DNA from: Nemertoderma westbladi
Taxonomy: Eukaryota; Animalia; Xenacoelomorpha
Reading direction: 5' to 3'
NCBI GenBank assembly: GCA_032718475.1
Contig: JAUCBJ010007668.1
Span: 1 to 36,978, forward strand
Length of the DNA stretch: 36,978 nt
Part shown: piece by piece, positions 32,768 to 36,978 of the stretch
Layout: each line of letters begins with the position of its first letter
How positions within the stretch are numbered: position 1 is the first letter of the stretch
Program-made: the position numbers and the translations under genes
Notes under the pieces: model-generated
Told to the model about the DNA's origin: nothing
The model's database searches: none
What the model saw: the letters and a program-made list of their open reading frames with translations, nothing else

Positions 32768-33992
32768 TGTTCGCGCTTTTAGACCTTTGGCAGTTTAACC
32801 CGCCAAATTAGGATGTCTTCTAGATAATAAATCACTTTAGCCTATGACAAGTATTTAATTCACTACACTAGTCGAAACCAATCTGTGCGCGATCATTCAC
32901 CCGCTGGATATACCCGGGAGATTGGGTTCGACGGCTTAATCTTATTGCTATGTAAGCTTAATGTATTATTCGACTGACAGTATTATATAATCTCTGACAA
33001 TATTATTCACCTTCGGGAAATATTAACAGTTCCTTTAGGACGTGGCGCTCTATCTATACAAACAGAGTTATGACTTAAACTACTCACAACGATATGGCTT
33101 AGTTATAATTCACATATATGGCGCATTCTTTAGGAAATGCTTCGTTATCAGGCTCACTCATACACAATGCTGCACAATACTGCACACTGATCTGCCGATC
33201 TTCACTGATTTTAGTCACATATAAAAGGAACACGGACCGAATCATGTAGGGTCTATCAAATAACATTAGATTCACTTCAAACCACTTTAACATAAGTCAC
33301 AATCGTTATATGTAACCTTTCTCTCTTACCTTCGGTATATCAAGAATATTGGGTTTTCGGGGTTATTTATCGTTATTCCAAATATAATAATTCATCAACC
33401 ATATTATGAAGAACTGACAGTAAATAGCAGTATAACAATATAAAGTATGCACAGGTTGTTTGATTAGGTATGGTGTGTTATGTTGTGATAAATGCAGATA
33501 ACGGATATATGTCCTTATAATTAAGCCTACTAGTGTAAGGCTAAAGCCGTTCTTCCTGGCTTAGAATCACCAACAACACTAAAAACTGATAAGAATAACT
33601 ATAAGAATACCAGCTACCCTTATTCTACAAAGATCTCACCCACCACAGAGAATGAGCATACAGATAGGAAATTCAGTTCAGTAGATCTGTGATAGGTCAA
33701 AATCAAAACCAACTCAAATCCTATTGGCAGATACAGAAAGCAGGGCTATGGGGCAACGTGGCAATATCAGCCGTTAGCCGTCGTCATGGTAGCGACACTG
33801 TTTTCAAGAGTATCGAGCTTTTACGTCACGAAATTGCAGATTATGTCCTCTAAAGTACAAATACAGAAGAAATGGCTTTTATGTCCTCCAAAACACCAGT
33901 ACAGCAAGGACACGGCCTTTTTATGCCTGGTAAACCAACCACAGAGTACTTTACGGGGATAATAACCTGCTAATTACGCAAAAGCTTTTACA
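32768..33992 (-). repeat. 5' LTR of the BEL/Pao element (1225 bp)
   Basis: Near-identical to 18198-19422 and upstream of the minus-strand ORFs. Confidence 0.96.
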
Positions 33993-34549
33993 CACTGTTG
34001 GGTTTCCGGCGTTGGTTTCAACAACTTCCTTTGTTGTGTCGACTATCTTTGGTGTGGTGGTTCTGTCACGAATCCACTCAACCTCCGAAGCCGCAGGACA
34101 CTGGCCTTGGCAGCATAGCGACTGGCAACCTTCTTCTATTCCGAATAAATCCGCTTGGAGTGTGTTTCTGAGACTGCTTGTCTTATCGTTAAACCTCCGC
34201 TTTGAATAACTTTTCCACAATTTTCTTCACTCAACTCCAAACAAGGATATACGCAACCCGTTTGTATGGTTTCAAAGATAAGTTCGACATTATCTTCTGT
34301 ATAGGCTGTAAATCGAACCAATAGTGCATTGCACTCCGTGCAGTTTTCCTTGTCTTCCCATTGGTTGGTTGTCAACCAACCATTAGTCTCGAATAAGTAT
34401 TCTATCCTCTCTTGGTGTTTCTTTTGAAGTTCTTCGTCTTCGGAATAGAATCTCCAGGTTTCGGTTACTGGGCAAGTATAATATGAATGTGAACAAGGAA
34501 ATGAGATCACCATCGAGACAATCACAAGAATTGTCTTTAAAGATCTCAT
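33993..34549 (-). pseudogene. Disrupted cell-surface Cys-rich protein gene, Ly6/uPAR (three-finger)-like, GPI-anchored
   Basis: Signal peptide MRSLKTILVIVSMVISFPCSHS and Cys pattern C...CxxC...GCxxxC...C...GCQSLCCQGQC, then a Thr-rich stalk. There is one frameshift near 34140-34220, and the retroelement is inserted just before the hydrophobic tail. Confidence 0.7.
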
Positions 34550-34921
34550 ATCCGTTTCATAGTCTCTGCCAATGCCAATGCAAACAATATTAATACGTCA
34601 GTGATAGTCTGAAAGCTTTATTCAACTTCCAATAATAAATTATTTAATGAGTTGTCGAATAAGCCAGGTTCCATTAATAGTATATATAATTAATAATTAA
34701 CGTATAATACGTTTTCGAATTTTAAATACCATGAGATTACAACATATTGCAAATAGGGTTGTAGGGTATGGTTGACACAATTGAGTCTTCTTATTACATT
34801 ACATTCTCAGCAACAATATTCTAAGAAATGTGATCTTAGACTTCATTATTACAAAATTCTATTTTTCTATAATTTCCTGGTTTGGTCGCTTTGATTTGAT
34901 ACTGTAGTATATCCCATTGTC

Positions 34922-34978
34922 TATGACAGTATTATGTATACTATATGACAGTATTATGTATACTATATGACAGTATTA
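34922..34978 (+). repeat. 22-bp tandem repeat, about 2.6 copies
   Basis: TATGACAGTATTATGTATACTA is repeated. Confidence 0.85.
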
Positions 34979-35744
34979 AATATCCCAAACAAGCCTGTCT
35001 GTAAGATATTACAGAACTAGTAGTCCAGCAAAAGTTTAGAAAGAATCTCAAGTTTGGTAAACAAAACGAACGAACGCAACGAGTTTACAGTGGATACGAG
35101 TATCCATCTGCCATAAATCACCAGTTACACTCACAGGTTCGGTTATAAAGGTCGTTAGTTTAGGGAAATTATTTTAAGACAAAACAGGACGAGCGCAACG
35201 AGGCTAATGAAGGAGAAGAGTATTGTAAAACTAAAAATGTCATACTTAACTTAAATAGCCCTAGTTAGAAGGTTTACAAATGACAGTTAAAGTGTGTAAG
35301 GGCAAACTGAAATGGATCTCTGTTTCTACAAGTAGTTTATCACAAACTGATAGCATCGCCTTCACTCATATAATTTTTAGGATTTTAGGAAATACAGTAT
35401 TCGTATATCTAAAGAGATTCGTATAATGTACTTTCTAATATAGGCTCTCGTGCTGCGCGAAGGCCCCGTGAACGTGTAATACAGCTTTCACTACAGTAGG
35501 TGAACAGTTTAGGCCTAGCATCAACTCATATATCGAGTCACTAATTTATACAAGCCAACTTCATTTTATTTTGTTTTTCAATAGAATATAATATTAATAT
35601 GAAATAACAAATACTGTGTATTAAATTTCAGTATATTGGAAAAATACAGTGGAATTCATAAATATTGCCAACAAAGTAATGAAAAATTCAAAATAATTCT
35701 AAAATTTTGTATAAAATCTCAATAGAGTGGATTGCAACTTATAT

Positions 35745-35931
35745 TCAAACTAAGGCAACTCCTTTCAGTGTGAAAACCTCGTAGTCCAACACGGTGAAGT
35801 TGTAATCTCCCATAAGTATATTAGATGAAGTCCCCATGTAGGTGTGTGGGTAGTTGGAGTACGATTCACTGTTCGAGTTACAGTTGTCCGCTATAGCTAA
35901 GTCTGCACCGGCACCGAATACAGGCCCAAAT
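35745..35931 (-). CDS. Last exon of a TLDc-domain protein
   Basis: Acceptor ctacacAG, phase 2. Reads (R)FGPVFGAGADLAIADNCN...YSNYPHTY...GDYNFTVLDYEVFTLKGVALV*, a typical TLDc C-terminus. Confidence 0.9.
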
Positions 35932-36583
35932 CTGTGTAGCGAGATAATGAAATGTGATTTAGGGCCTAATATAAAAAAAAAATGTACCATTACAGAGTGG
36001 AGTGCATAGTGTTTCTAATTTTTACTTACCTAACATGGTCGCTTGGCAATATGGTGCGAGTGTATTATTGTTCAAACCCGCCAGACGCAGAAGTCTTTAA
36101 TCGCTCCGGAAACTATGCACTTTACAGTTTAACGATGCTCTCAAGTCCAATATCTCTATGTCGCAGTCGGTAAAGGAGATTCATTGGCAGACTCAACATG
36201 ACTATGGAGATTGCCGTAGCACAATGTTGTGAACAGATGATCATATCGGCTATTGTAATGGCCGGCTAGCTTTAAACTGTGGGATTGTAGGGTAGAACTG
36301 GGTTTTGGCAAAGTGTACTCATCAGTAAGAGTCTAGCTAAGTTTCTTAGTCTCATAGGATCTCACTGGTCTGATTTCCAGATGTTGAACAAATGGTTGGT
36401 GGCTTCTTTCACTCTCACTACATGGCTATATAAGCAGCCTTATGTAAATATCCATCCAATCTTCTTAAATAAATATGTTATATTTTAAATATACATGTCC
36501 GATTGTATTTATGAAATCAAATTTTAAAAAATCACTGATACTAATTTATTATAAATTTGTAAATTTGTAACTTTTTAACTTAC

Positions 36584-36765
36584 CTAGGGTGATGACACAC
36601 TGCGTGTTTGTGATTTTTAACAGGGAACTTTGTGGGAGGAATACAATCGCCGTTGATTAAACTGAAAATAAAACTCGCTTTGGAGGCCATGTATTTCCCG
36701 CGAACAGATGTTTGATTCGTCCACGGAATGTCTGAAAACCCGCCACAAATATTCCCATTCGCACC
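36584..36765 (-). CDS. Penultimate exon of the TLDc-domain protein
   Basis: Acceptor ctttctAG and donor GTAAGT. The 182 nt read GANGNICGGFSDIPW...ASFIFSLING...PTKFPVK...AVCHHPR and join the last exon in frame. Confidence 0.9.
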
Positions 36766-36921
36766 CTAGAAAGTGATAATTGGTAAGAAGAAGCAGCAAA
36801 TTGAATAAATAAGATAGATACAATAAAGTAACTGGGGATTGAGTGCTGAGCTACTATACCAGAGATAAATAGCCACAACAACAACAATAATTAATTTATT
36901 TTAGAGGCTCTGTCCCTTAAG

Positions 36922-36978
36922 GGATAGGAGTAGCGCCCACCCCTACCCTCTTGTAGCAGCTATCGAAAGAGGAGCCTT
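36922..36978 (+). repeat. Possible SINE fragment truncated by the window edge
   Basis: GGAGTAGCGCCC.CCCCTAC.CT..TGTAG.AGCTAT.GAAA..GGAGCCTT resembles an invertebrate SINE body I recall from memory; not verified. Confidence 0.3.

Larger units (their letters stand above)
18198..33992 (-). mobile_element. BEL/Pao-type LTR retrotransposon, non-autonomous (no RT or integrase core), 15,795 bp including nested inserts
   Basis: Two 1225-bp TG...CA LTRs, 5-bp TSD CACTG (18193-18197 and 33993-33997), BEL-type triple zinc knuckle and protease on the minus strand, and a PPT-like tract beside the left LTR. Confidence 0.94.

Noticed and set aside
6542-33992. Complementation between the capsid-less Gypsy element and the Pol-less BEL element
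   Set aside because: They belong to different superfamilies with unrelated LTRs and priming sites. Nothing in the sequence links them beyond proximity.
34546-34557. Partial match (ATATCCGTT) to the candidate self-primer at the Ly6-like start codon
   Set aside because: It is only 9 nt and outside the element, so it is treated as chance. It is a reminder that the 11-nt match needs covariation support.
36030-36420. Extra exon or hammerhead (CTGATGA on the minus strand near 36320) inside the TLDc intron
   Set aside because: The flanking exons already join into a complete TLDc domain, the frames I checked contain stops, and no stem II plus GAAA follows the CTGATGA.

Overview
AT-rich animal (invertebrate-type) genomic DNA with spliceosomal introns, dominated by two young LTR retrotransposons, both on the minus strand. 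(1) A 4.6-kb Ty3/Gypsy element of CsRN1 type (6542-11127, TSD CTAAT) has an intact RT-RNaseH-integrase ORF, but its Gag starts at the PBS and lacks the capsid part. (2) A 15.8-kb BEL/Pao-type element (18198-33992, 1225-bp LTRs, TSD CACTG) keeps two long open Gag and Gag-protease ORFs but has lost RT and integrase. It carries a nested TIR element, a sibling solo LTR and a SINE, and it splits a GPI-anchored Ly6-like host gene. Other host genes are the probable last exon of a Bcl-2/Mcl-1-like gene, whose stop-codon region is amplified into a 32-bp minisatellite, an intronless SLC25A39/40 mitochondrial carrier, and the last two exons of a TLDc-domain gene. The top lead is that the BEL/Pao element has no tRNA primer-binding site. 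The 11 nt abutting its 5' LTR are instead perfectly complementary to a conserved 11-mer inside the LTR, which is the geometry of Tf1-style self-primed reverse transcription, a mechanism I know only from Ty3/Gypsy elements. All family assignments are by motif recognition; no searches were run.
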